64,000 nt of DNA from Syncephalis fuscata S228 (lineage: Eukaryota > Fungi > Zoopagomycota), in contig JAHLTZ010000034.1 of assembly GCA_025786725.1 (NCBI GenBank), positions 220,973 through 284,972 on the forward strand. The letters run 5' to 3'. This document shows, one piece after another, positions 1-11,184 of the stretch. Each line of letters begins with the position of its first letter. The stretch's first letter is position 1. The notes beneath the pieces were generated by a model. That model was not told where the DNA came from. It made no database searches and saw nothing but the letters and a program-made list of their open reading frames with translations. The translations under genes and the position numbers were made by a program.

Positions 1-1603
1 TTAGCAAAACTCATGAGTCGTTCAGTAAGTATTACCTATTTGATATTAAACTAGTATTTATATGTCCTATTATTACTAGGACACCGATCCAGAGGTCAGA
101 AGCAAACTGTATGTAGCACTCACATCTTGGGCTGAACAGTTACGAGGTGAGCCTGGAATGGAAGCAATCCCTGCTTTATATGACAATCTTAATAGTAAGC
201 AATTCAATATGCAATATAAATTAAATCTAACAACACTATCTACTAGCAATTACTACGCTTACTCCATCTGATGATAATAACAATGATAACATGGTAAGAT
301 AGCGTTGATAATAACAAGTGGTTTTGATGATTTACACATCTCAATTAATAGCGTTCAAGTCATTTGGAAGCTATGTCGCCTGAGAAAGTAAGTCATTAGC
401 CATAAAGAATTGTCGATTTAGTAACTAATACAATGTAATATTAGATGCAAAAAGAAGTGCCACGTTTAGTAGAAATATGCCATAATTCAGTTGAAATGCT
501 GAGTGAATCATTGGTTTATACTGATCCAGATACTGAGGATATTCGTAAAAACGAATTTATTCAAGCAAGTATAATTAAATAATACGTTTAGCAATTAGAT
601 TAACCAATTATAAACACTAGGAATTTTACGTAAAATGCAAAAATCTGCAGACAGAAGTTGGTCGATTTATAGCATCGGCTCAAGATGAACAATTAATCGG
701 TAAATTGATTTATTATTGCTTGTTTATTAGTAATATTAACGAAATGTTGATTAGATCAATTACTAAAGGCAAATCAAGAACTCCTTGATGTATTCCAGCA
801 ATACGACGAGATTGTTGAACGACATGATATTGTCAGTGCAACCAATCGTTCAGCAGCCGATATGGCGCAATTCTCATCGGTAAGTAGATCTAGTATTGGC
901 ATTATTTAGTCTAATTACAAGTAAATCTAGGCGACATCATCTTCACCATCGACAAATCCTCCAAATAGCAATGGTCATGAGTAAGTGGAGTGTTTTAATA
1001 TTGCAAACTAGTGATAATGGATTACTAAAAACTACGGTTAAATTTATAGATATGCTAAACAATCCTCATCTAATCCATTTAATGATCAACATCACCAGCT
1101 GGCATTTCATCCACTGCTATGGGGTAAGTAATCATTCAACATTATCAATTATTAAGCATTAATGATTTGTATTTGTATTAGAAAACAACCTCAAGGTAAT
1201 AACACAAACACAATGAATTCAATTGTATTATTTACTAACATTTGTACATAATACGATGGTCATTATTATTGGCATTTTAGAGCAGCCTAGTATTAGTTTC
1301 CCAAGTGTTGAGCCTTATCGTGTGGCGCCACCACCACAGTCATTGCAAACAATGGGTTCACAAAACCCATTTGACGACATTTTAGCTTACAGTGATGCCA
1401 ATGCGGCAGAAGCACAGCTTAGTGCACCCATGGCACCTATGCTATCTATGCCAGCTGCACCATTATTGCCCACACCAGCCGAGACATCACCAATGGGCTG
1501 GCACATCAATGGCATGTCATCTGCCTCCACATCAAACCGTACAGAAACAACTGCGCCTATTGTGACCAGAGACGAGCATGGCAACCAGCATGCTATCATC
1601 TAA
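1..1603 (+). CDS. VHS-GAT domain endocytic adaptor (Lsb5/TOM1-like), multi-exon, 5' end outside the window
   Basis: Spliced exons give a VHS C-terminus (TDPEVRSKLYVALTSWAEQLRGEPGMEAIPALYDNL, ~81-194) and a GAT domain (PRLVEICHNSVEMLSESLVYTDPDTEDIRKNEFIQ|EFYVKCKNLQTEVGRFI...DQLLKANQELLDVFQQYDEI). The Pro-rich tail has an NPF motif (QNPFDD). Stop at 1601-1603. Intron 565-620 is GC-AG. Confidence 0.75.
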
Positions 1604-1738
1604 TTGGCTTGCTTATTCGCGCTCGCTGTCGTGTAGGCAGAAGTTTTTATGTTTTATCTTCATTGTTAGCTGCTTCAAGTATTCAATTTTACAATGCACT
1701 ATTATTAACTAATAAATCTACATTAAAAACAATAATGT

Positions 1739-2524
1739 CTAATGCGCGCCAGCATATGAATTTACTCCTGTATTCGCACCTATTCTAGCACCATCTACAG
1801 GAACGATGTTTGCCGAATTGTCGCTAACATCGTGCAATAATCGTTCAACACGTTCACGCTTAAAAAAGAATTGGAACGTATACTGTTTGGCGTCTGGATC
1901 CCAATGGGTCCAGCATCGTTCTTCATTCCGGTCAATATCACGGCTTTGTATCTTGAATGCAACTGTCTCATACGGCTCTGCTGCAAACAACAAATACTGG
2001 TGCGCTTTGTTGGGTGCCTCTTGGTGCTGTTCATATGCACTCATAAACCGATAACGCGGCACAACCTCGTGTCCAATCTCTGGATACTGCACCTGGAATA
2101 GTAGGCCTAGCTGGCCCGCTACCGGATCGTGTATTTTGGTTACTTTGTAGCCTGGCCGGCCAATCTTTATCACATTCCGCTTTACAGCAACAGGAGCTGG
2201 CCGGCCTGCGCCCTCCATCATCGCACCAGCTGCATCTCCCGTTCCAAAAGTACGTGCCTCCTTAGCGGCACGACGTGCTAGATTCGTTTGATGCTTTTTG
2301 CCCTGAGTATGGGCCAAGTAGCTTCCTTCGTTGGTATGCAATGTAAGGCAAAGTTTACATTCGTATGTACCAAGATGATTCTTCATAAAATATGGATCCT
2401 TGGCCAGATCGATTGTTTCAAGCGCAAGTCTACGTAGACGTTCGCGTCGGTCGACATTAGACTCGGACCCGCCGGCCACACCGGCCGATCCGGGCTTAGA
2501 GCCGGCTCGATTTTGGAAATCCAT
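1739..2524 (-). CDS. SF3A2: Splicing factor 3A subunit 2 (SF3a66/Prp11/Sap62), intronless
   Basis: Starts MDFQNRAGSKPG. Contains RRERLRRLALETIDLAKDPYFMKNHLG, a U1-type zinc finger (CKLCLTLHTNEGSYLAHTQGKKHQTNL) and KIGRPGYKVTK...LLFAAEPYETVAFKI. Confidence 0.97.
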   Translation of the reverse strand: MDFQNRAGSKPGSAGVAGGSESNVDRRERLRRLALETIDLAKDPYFMKNHLGTYECKLCLTLHTNEGSYLAHTQGKKHQTNLARRAAKEARTFGTGDAAGAMMEGAGRPAPVAVKRNVIKIGRPGYKVTKIHDPVAGQLGLLFQVQYPEIGHEVVPRYRFMSAYEQHQEAPNKAHQYLLFAAEPYETVAFKIQSRDIDRNEERCWTHWDPDAKQYTFQFFFKRERVERLLHDVSDNSANIVPVDGARIGANTGVNSYAGAH

Positions 2525-2655
2525 TTTACAAGTGTAGTAGTTAGTAATAAAAAGTAAAACGGGAACTAATAAAAAAATCTCCAAACAACACTTTCAATCT
2601 TAAGCTGTATTTTACACGTTGTCAATTATTGCTGCTATTGCTATTGCTTATCAAT

Positions 2656-3547
2656 ATGCAGCATTCCACAATGGCAATGACCAGCTTGTGTAAGTTTTAT
2701 GCCTACAAGCATTGATCACGGCAAAATCTTACGTTTTTAATACTGAATAGTGGCGCGGTTTGGACGGCTTTCTCTTGCGCCCAGTGGACTGGCTGGTGCG
2801 CGTTTTTTACATTCAAGCACTTTATTAAGCCAAGAAGCAGCTTCAACTGAATTTGGACAGGCAGATCGTGATGTTTCTCCGTTGTTCCAACAGGCAATCA
2901 AGGAAACAGCCGAGAAATTACAGCAGACCAAGCCTACAGGAACTGGTCCCGCTGTGGATAGCTCGATAAAAGAGGTATTAAACGCTTTATCAGATTATAT
3001 AAGTACAATTTACTAATGATTACCAATTGTTTATCATTAGTTCTGTGGGTCAACATCGGATTTTAAGACTAGCACGCGCAAACTACGCTTTCTTGCAAAG
3101 CAGGTGGCTGGTCTAGATGTACAAGAGGCGATTCGTCAAATGGAGTTTTCTGCTAAAAAGTCATCAAAAAAGATTCTTGGCACGTTAGCATTAGCACGTA
3201 ATAATGCTCGTTTGCAAAAAGAAATGGATTCTGAAAAATTATACGTTGGTAAGTGTAAACTATAACCGGTTGGTTAATTATCTAATGAATTGTATGATAC
3301 AGCTCGTGCATGGGTGGGTAAAGGACGATACTTGAAGCGAGTTCGATATCATGGCCGTGGTCGATTTGGTACGATGCACCATCCATCGGCCCATTTAAAA
3401 TTTGCATTGCGTGAACGCGAGCCAGAGCCAATAGATTTGGGCCGTGGCCAACGTCGTGATATTCGCGGCTGGCATATGACTAAAAAGGTGTGGACAGCAC
3501 TTCAGGATAAGCCAATCTACAATCCTAAACCTTATTATAATTGGTAG
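2656..3547 (+). CDS. MRPL22: Mitochondrial ribosomal protein uL22m, 4 exons (~2656-2689, 2751-2974, 3041-3248, 3303-3547)
   Basis: FKTSTRKLRFLAKQVAGLDVQEAIRQMEFSAKK...ARNNA and AWVGKGRYLKRVRYHGRGRFGTMHHPSAHLKFAL are L22 signatures. The N-terminus resembles a mitochondrial presequence. Divergent from SF3A2, with 131 bp between start codons. Confidence 0.92.
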
Positions 3548-3901
3548 TTTGCATTACTACGAAATGCTAAAATAAACGAGCAATATTTAAGCTAGTTTGG
3601 GCATATGCTATTATATACATGTGTGTTATAACGTTAGATAGGTGAATTATGATTAAGATGTAATAATGATGTAAGATAATGTCTAACAATAATATAAATT
3701 ACAAAATTTACTATAATATTCAATGACTATAGATGAAAAATCATAGAAAGTATTTTAATAGTATTTTAATAGTCGGAATAAAGATCTAATGGTTCCAACA
3801 CCGTTATTAAACAACTAAATGATTATGAAAATTAATAATCAAATAATTAAATAATCGGAGTTATTATACATTAATCCCATTTTTATTTACTCGCTTCACT
3901 A

Positions 3902-4293
3902 CTTTTCTCTTAATACTTGGATACAATTAATATTAATCTTACATCACAGATATGCCCAGAATACAATAGTAAAATAATAAAAAATAGAAGAGACCATTTA
4001 GATGCAATAATCTATGTTGTACGTAAATGCAACAGCAACAAATGTGGAATGACATGGAATTGTGATTATATGGCTTTTATTAATATTCAATCAATCTTTC
4101 TACATATGACTAACAACAGCAATAATCAACTTCAAATGTTTCAATGAAATCAAATAGTATGTTACATTGTCTATTTAAATCAATTTATCAGCGACATTTT
4201 AATAGAAAGTAATAAAATTGTAATGTATTTAACAACAACATGACTTCAATTGGAACAAATTTACTTTGGAGACTCAAAATAGAGAGAGCAAAG
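3902..4293 (+). mobile_element. Non-autonomous Fanzor-derived element, copy A
   Basis: Translates LTSQICPEYN...KCNSNKCGMTWNCDYMAFINIQSIF (zinc finger plus RuvC-III relic). Ends ...gagagcaaag|TA; left end TA|cttttctct. The 3' non-coding tail is similar to copy C. Confidence 0.7.
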
Positions 4294-4875
4294 TACAAAT
4301 CAATTAGATAAAGAGCTGCCATATATTGCATTTAAAACAACTATACAAAATGTAATAAATGTATCGATGGGTCAAATATTGAAACATAATAAGTTATTGA
4401 TGTATAGGCTAGAACTAACACTACAGCTACTTAGTAAAGTATACAAGGCAATAATACGAATAGTAGCATGTGTTAATTAATTATTAGTCAATAGTCCAGT
4501 GAAATAATGCTTTGGTTGTTATTAATAGCAAGTCAAATACCATTTGATACTGGTTTCAAGGTCATACAAAAAGGGGAATTTAGATATTTAAATTCATGTG
4601 CGTTTCACTCTGGCCCAAACAGCCAAGCGACAATCTAGTAAGCAAACGAAGGCAGCTGAGACAAGTTTGCGGCAAGTTTAGAAAATGTGACTTTTTGGTA
4701 GAGCACGCGGTGTTTAAAGGCGACACGTTTTAGGACGCCTTGTGGATTTTTTTTCTCTGCAACGCTTTCCATTTAAGTTACTATCCGCTTACTTGCTTTT
4801 ACTTCATTCATTACGCTTCTATTACTTCATTTACTTTACTTTACCTTACTTTACTTTACTTTTTAAACTTTCAGC

Positions 4876-5196
4876 ATGGGCGAGAATACTGCTTTTTTCC
4901 AACAGCAACAAGCGCAGGGTGCCGTCCCTCACGCATATCCTGCTAATATGCAACAAAACTCGAACCTACCTCCACCACCACAAATGCAGTATCAAGCACA
5001 ACCACAAATGATCATGGTTCCAGCCGGCGTTGTGCCAGCTGGACAAGCTTGTATCGATGGAGCTGCTCACAACTGGGCAAAAGATTATACACTTTGCGGT
5101 ATCTGCTGGTTAATTTGGTGCTTCCCTTGCGGTCTTATTTGCTGCTATCTCAACGCAGACCAAAAGTGTACAAAATGCCAACAGGTTATTAGCTGA
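4876..5196 (+). CDS. Brain protein I3 (BRI3/DUF2367)-like Pro/Gln-rich cysteine-rich membrane protein
   Basis: Pro/Gln-rich N-terminus followed by C..G.H.W..DYT.CGI...I.CFPCGLICC......KC.KC. Confidence 0.85.
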   Translation: MGENTAFFQQQQAQGAVPHAYPANMQQNSNLPPPPQMQYQAQPQMIMVPAGVVPAGQACIDGAAHNWAKDYTLCGICWLIWCFPCGLICCYLNADQKCTKCQQVIS

Positions 5197-6031
5197 GCTG
5201 TTTATGTCGATGCCAGTGTCGATGCTATTTTTTTCAACAAGCATGGCCGATGTGCATGGCGACTGAGCACCTCTTGCTTAACACAGCACATGCACGTATA
5301 CATTGTCGGCCAATGAATTTACCATTAGTCACGATAGTATAGTTTTACTTAATATTACCTCCTAATAAGATCGAACACATTGTTGCTCACTATTACCTTT
5401 TAATAATATAAATACATTGTTATTCATACTTACAAACATTTACCTAACTTTATTGTCCATTTTACAAAACGCACAACTGTACTACCATCGCAAGCATGTC
5501 TAATATACAACGACTGAGTCACATTCAGCTAGCATGTGTAGAGATAGAGAGTTGTTACAAACCCAAACATACGCCCTTAGCCCAACAATACAACTCTCAC
5601 GCATTTCATCACGTGGAATCTCAAAGTCGTGTTGGAAAGCGGATCCGCAAAAGGCAAGTATGCCGAAAGAAGCTGTTTGTGCGTTGTCAAGCAACATAAT
5701 CAACCAATCATACGATGAAAACTCTGTACCTTTCTATTTAGACAAAAGCGCTCAGCAGATATGCAGCAATTTGCCGAGGCAATAGGATGTGTAATGTGTC
5801 AGTGCCCAGATAGGCCGCATTAGCGGCTCAGCAATCCTATATAAGACACGATGATACTAAAATGGTACGGCGCCTATTACAATGATATAGGATTCGTGTC
5901 TTTTCTACATTTTGTCTTGTGCCTTTTTTGTTGCTTTAAGCCTTTGCATTTTATTTTGCTTTATTGCACGCGACAGGCGTATTTTTCTTTTGTTACAACT
6001 TAACGGCGATTATATTAAATTAGTATTTAAT

Positions 6032-7345
6032 ATGGATTTCTCAAACTTTGAATGCGGCGATTTTGGAGGTGCCACTGATTTTAGCGGTGGCATGGATTTT
6101 AGCGGTGGCATGGACTACAGCGGCAATGATTTTAATGATATGAATTATGGTGATATAAATTATGGCAGCACTGATTTTGGCGACATGGACGGCGGGGCCG
6201 TTGACTTTGGCGCTACTGATTTTGGTACCACGGATTTTGGTGCCACGGATTTTGGTGCCACGGATTTCAATAATACCGATTTTGATAACATTAATGATAA
6301 CGACTATGGCATTGATTACGGCGCTACTGACTTTGACACTACTGATTTCAATAATACTGATTTCGGCGCTACTGATTTCAATAATACTGACTTTGGCACT
6401 ACTGATTTTGGCGCTACTGATTTCAATAGTACTGATTTCAACAATACTGACTTTGGATCAGAAAATCATAGTGGCGAAAATGGATTAAGTTATACTACTA
6501 ATACAATTAACTCTGGTGGAAACAACCATGGGGCATGTGAAACAAACAATGTGCACTCAGGCCATTCTAATGCCAATAACGGTAATGGTAACGACAATAA
6601 TAACCAAGCAAGCGGAAATGCATTTTCCTTTATGCAAGGTGCAATAAATGAATTTCAGTCGTCGAACAAGCCAAATAAACCAAATAAACCAAACAAGCCG
6701 GACAAACCAAATAAACCGAACAAGCTTCCAGCGCAGCCTACGCCTGTAACATATACTACAAACACGGGGCAACCAACACCAGCCTATAGCTATCCTACCA
6801 CGACTAATGTACCACCACCTATTCCCGTTTACAACCAAATGCCAACTACCATGCCTAATATGCCACCACCTGCCCCCGTTTACAACCAAATGCCAACTAC
6901 CATGCCTAGTATGCCACCACCTGCTCCTGTAGGCAATCAAGTACCTATTACTACACAATCTCACATGACTGCTGTTCCTATGGTTTCTCAACCACCAATA
7001 ATATATCCAACTATAGTGCCTCAAACCATGGCACAGCCTGTCGTACCGGTTAATTCTTCTGGCTATAATGCTGGCGTCCAATATGGACCAGTACCGCCAA
7101 ACAAACCTACAGCTATACCGCAGCAAGCATATGGTATACATAAGCCAATGGTTAATGGCGTTAATCTGGCTATGAACAACCACACAAATCAACTTAGTTG
7201 TATGGATGGTATGCCGCACAGCTGGGTACAAGAATACACAATGGCCGGTATTCTATGGGCTGTCTGTCTGTTTCCCTGCGGCGTTATTTGCTGCCAGAAT
7301 TCAGCTTACAAACAGTGCATTCGCTGCAAACAAATTATGAAATAG
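6032..7345 (+). CDS. Second BRI3-like protein with a long low-complexity N-terminus (TDFG(A/T)/TDFNN pentapeptide repeats, PNK repeats, Pro-rich repeats)
   Basis: The C-terminal CMDGMPHSWVQEYTMAGILWAVCLFPCGVICCQNSAYKQCIRC is paralogous to the 4876 gene. First in-frame ATG at 6032. Confidence 0.8.
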   Translation: MDFSNFECGDFGGATDFSGGMDFSGGMDYSGNDFNDMNYGDINYGSTDFGDMDGGAVDFGATDFGTTDFGATDFGATDFNNTDFDNINDNDYGIDYGATDFDTTDFNNTDFGATDFNNTDFGTTDFGATDFNSTDFNNTDFGSENHSGENGLSYTTNTINSGGNNHGACETNNVHSGHSNANNGNGNDNNNQASGNAFSFMQGAINEFQSSNKPNKPNKPNKPDKPNKPNKLPAQPTPVTYTTNTGQPTPAYSYPTTTNVPPPIPVYNQMPTTMPNMPPPAPVYNQMPTTMPSMPPPAPVGNQVPITTQSHMTAVPMVSQPPIIYPTIVPQTMAQPVVPVNSSGYNAGVQYGPVPPNKPTAIPQQAYGIHKPMVNGVNLAMNNHTNQLSCMDGMPHSWVQEYTMAGILWAVCLFPCGVICCQNSAYKQCIRCKQIMK

Positions 7346-7830
7346 TATTTATATAATACACATAATTTTGATGTTTCTGATATTATCTTTATATTGTTAT
7401 CATATCTTCTAGTCAGCATAAAATATTAATAATATAAAAAATAAATAATCAATATGTACAATAAATTTTTTTATGCTATGGCAATGATAAAAATGCCTGA
7501 ACTAATTTTACCAAATATTGCAAATTTTCATGATAAATATACCATTTATTAATAATTATTACTATATTTGTTTCGGTAACAGTTGGATAATGATGGCATA
7601 ACAATGTGTATAATTTAGCTTAATTATAACTAAATTATAACAGCTATAACTCATACCGACAACCAATAGTGGTACATTATTAGTAGTATAGCTGATTAAA
7701 TGATCACGATGTATACAAAGTGCTATTTATTTTCAATTTATAGTCTTTTCTCAGAAAATAATAGAATCCATTAGATTGTGAGTCTGTATATAAATTGCTA
7801 TCAGCTTTATCTAATTTGGGGCTAAACGAC

Positions 7831-9778
7831 CAAACTTGATCACTCGCGTAACTAAACTAATATTTCTTCTATTTAACACGGGAACGGGTGGTGCATTTTG
7901 TAAATAATAAATAATTCGATACATTGATTTGGTGATTAAATGACTAAACTTAATACTATTTGCATCAAAGTTCAAATACTTATCACGTAGATTTATTATC
8001 CAGTATGCATATATTCAATACACACATAGCACTCTATCCACCTATATCATTCCCATTCTATCCCACACTGGTGTATGCCACTGTATGACATATTGAATAC
8101 ATTCTATTGTTATATATTTTAATTACATGTAGTTTGCTAAATGAATGAGTTGAAATTAGTTGACGTCTATTAACAATAGCTCTATACCAAAAAAGACTAT
8201 AATAGCTAGCGCGTATTTATTAAACAATAAAACAATATACAATATAATGATTATACAATGTCGAGCACTGATTAGCAGTGTTGAAGTTAATAAACATATA
8301 TATATATGAACAAATGAGCGACATTAGTCGAAACTTATCAATAATAAAGCTAAAACAAAATAAAAACAGTTTCAAACAGAGTAAGGCTAAGTGAGTATAG
8401 AATGATATAGAATAGAATAGATATACAATAGAAAGTGTATGATAGTTAATATTACAGTTACATTGTATATAGCGTAATGAGTGGAATGAGGTTAAGGTCA
8501 AGCATTTGCGCTAAGCATTATGTGCCAGCATTTGTGCTAAGCATTATGTGCCAGCATTTGTGCTAAGCATTATGTGCCAGCATTTGCGCTAAGCATTATG
8601 TGCCATCATTTGTGCTAAGCATTATGTGCCAGCATTTGCGCTAAACCTCTTTCGTGCAACTAACTACATATCCGTTCTATTGAACATAAAACTGGTTGGT
8701 GAATGGTATTAGTAATCAGAATATTTATTATTGTATATTCATTATCTAGTACGCATATATCGTCATTGCAATACTATGTTGTTACTGTTTACACTGCTTT
8801 ATTTCTAGCTTTCTTCTCTATTTGCGTACTTATCAATCCATTGCGTCCTTATTTTGGTTGAACTTGTTATTACTGTGGATATTCATCAATTTGCTCTACT
8901 AGCATTAAAACCATAGCCAATTTGCATTAACTAGTTTATTTATCAGATAGTCACATTCCACATATATGCACGAGCAAGTAAACAAAATAATTTTAAAATT
9001 ATTAGTAATTAAACTAGCATCAAACAAAAACAGTTTCAAATAATGTATTGATATTATATAATAAAATGATATAGAATAGTATGAAAATTGGGGTTGAAGT
9101 TATAGTGTATATAACGCAATGAGTGGAGTGAGTAAAGTGTATTGGGACATATAAACAATAGAATGTGTTCGGTATAACATAGAACGATATACAGTAGTAT
9201 GGAACAGTATGAGAATGATATAGGTAAATAGTGGATATATGTATACTGGATAATGAATCTACAATGATGAGTATTTTGATTATTGATGTCACTCTCCATC
9301 CATCCTCATGTTCAGTAGATTGGATGTCATTGAATGGAGTCATTTGATCACAAAACAAACAGTATAATATGGTTATTTAATTATTTAATAAAACTCATCA
9401 TCGGCTTCATATTCAATAGAACAAGTGTGTACTTCAATTACGCAGATGTTATTAAATTTAGTTATTTGATCACCAAATCACATTAAATGACTAACAAATT
9501 GTTTAATATTACTGTAATAACAATGATATAAATAAAACAACTATATATAGTGCAACATAATTATCCTACACTAAGAAATGCACATGTATAACCTTGCATA
9601 TCATGCTGACTAGCACCAGTATTTGCTATTACAACACTATCATTACAATATAACATTGCTTAACTGCTATTTTGAAATGTTCAACAATAAAATAACGACA
9701 CTTCTATACAGGTTAAAGCATTAAATATTTGTTGAATAAATTATTTTATTTGTATAATTAAATATGTAGCATGTAAAT
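7831..9778. mobile_element. ~1.9-kb dispersed non-coding repeat, copy 1, containing a MITE-like element (TIRs at ~7925 and ~9482)
   Basis: Near-identical inverted copy at 43610-45476. Internal inverted termini tgatttggtgattaaatgactaaacttaat / attaaatttagttatttgatcaccaaatca and gtagatttattatccagtat / atactggataatgaatctac. Confidence 0.85.
8501..8644. repeat. 26-bp minisatellite (agcatttgYgctaagcattatgtgcc) x5.5, itself a diverged 13-mer dimer
   Basis: Units start at 8501, 8527, 8553, 8579, 8605 and a partial unit at 8631. The sister copy (~44743-44808) has only 2.5 units. Confidence 0.95.
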
Positions 9779-10959
9779 TGTTTGTGTTTAATAAGTTTTT
9801 TATTTATAGAAAAAATAGTCTTAAATAAAGAATGCAGTAAATTGCTTGATAATACTTTTTGGTGCAAACAACGAAAGTATGCTTTAAATGTTATTACGAT
9901 ACCAAATTACAGTATTATGATCACATAATCATCTACCATGCGATTGATTCATGACATCCACCATGTAATTGAACAACTGTTAGCAATAACATGTGAATAG
10001 CCACAACAACAATATACTAAATACTTGCACTAACAATCATAAACAAACAGCTATCCAAGAACATAGTTAGTAAATACTTGTTGTTTACTGACATATGAGC
10101 AACCATATGAACAAGGCTCAAATTTCATTAACAATAGTATTTACTATACACTACTAGCTTTATTGAAACTATAATAAACATATCTATATTTCTAGTTTAT
10201 ATTATTTTTTATACTTTAGTTACAAATAACATTTAGTTGTTAAAAGCTTAACCGTGGTAATCAATAATTAAACAGAAAAATCACTTATTGTTTTTTTTAT
10301 AATAGCATTAGGTTCATGTTATATTAATATAAGCAATTAATTAGTATTTGCTAGCGCTTAGGTAATAGAAGTAATTGTATGCAAAACGGTAGCCATTAAG
10401 TTGCTAGTCGTTGCAGTAGTCTTTCCTTAACATAGTATCTATACCAGTACAATATCATATCATTATATGATAGTGATAGATTTGTTGCTATTTATGATAT
10501 ATCTACAAATAAGCACAGTTAATTTTATTGCCAATATACCTCACTACAGTATCCATATTTAACATTGATATATCTATATCAGCTTATGCTTATAGCTAAT
10601 ACAATATAACTGTACATGTATTTTGTTAATTTAACTATTTGATTAATAGTTAATCATTGAATACAGATAAAATATAATTATCTATATCGTAATTTGATTG
10701 TATATAGCTAAGATGAAATCTTAAGTTTATTACATGTTTGCACACTTGAATAGAAACAACTAGATGCAAGCTTGTTAGTAGTGTAGTAATTTTATTGGCC
10801 GGAGAGCGCATAAACCGGAGCATTGGCCAAAACTTGATATATAAATAGACTGGACGGTGTAGTTGTCAAATAGTCTTGCTTTTCACCAAATATATACCCA
10901 AAGTGTATCGGACTAGTGCTTCGATTGCGCTACCAATGCTAATGTCTTAAAACCATCAA

Positions 10960-11184
10960 TTATTTGCATTCTGTCGCGCATCTGCCAGGTCTGCTGCATT
11001 TTTCTTTAAGGATTCGGATCTGTTCAGGGTTCCGTCCAGGGTAAACTTCACATTCATTAATGCATCTGCTGCATTTAACTTGATCCTTAGCACGACGGAC
11101 TAAGGCTGGATTAGCATCCACCATGGTTGTAGCGGCTATCAAAGCCACAACGACGGTGCAAACGACAGCAATAGAAAGCTTCAT
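10960..11184 (-). CDS. Small secreted cysteine-rich peptide, copy 1 (signal peptide, RR Kex2-like site, 6 Cys)
   Basis: MKLSIAVVCTVVVALIAATTMVDA-NPALVRR-AKDQVKCSRCINECEVYPGRNPEQIRILKEKCSRPGRCATECK. Confidence 0.9.
   Translation of the reverse strand: MKLSIAVVCTVVVALIAATTMVDANPALVRRAKDQVKCSRCINECEVYPGRNPEQIRILKEKCSRPGRCATECK

Noticed and set aside
2525-2655. Very short divergent intergenic regions (SF3A2/MRPL22; also DPM2/hypothetical at 35523-35681)
   Set aside because: Bidirectional promoters are common in compact fungal genomes.
8501-8644. Regular 26-bp repeats resembling a CRISPR array
   Set aside because: The units are contiguous with no unique spacers, there are no cas genes, and the context is eukaryotic; this is a minisatellite.
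8220-9358. Paired ORFs (93, 112 and 81 aa) recurring at 44030-45020
   Set aside because: They recur only because the non-coding repeat is duplicated. They have low-complexity Y/I/F composition and their stop positions differ between copies.
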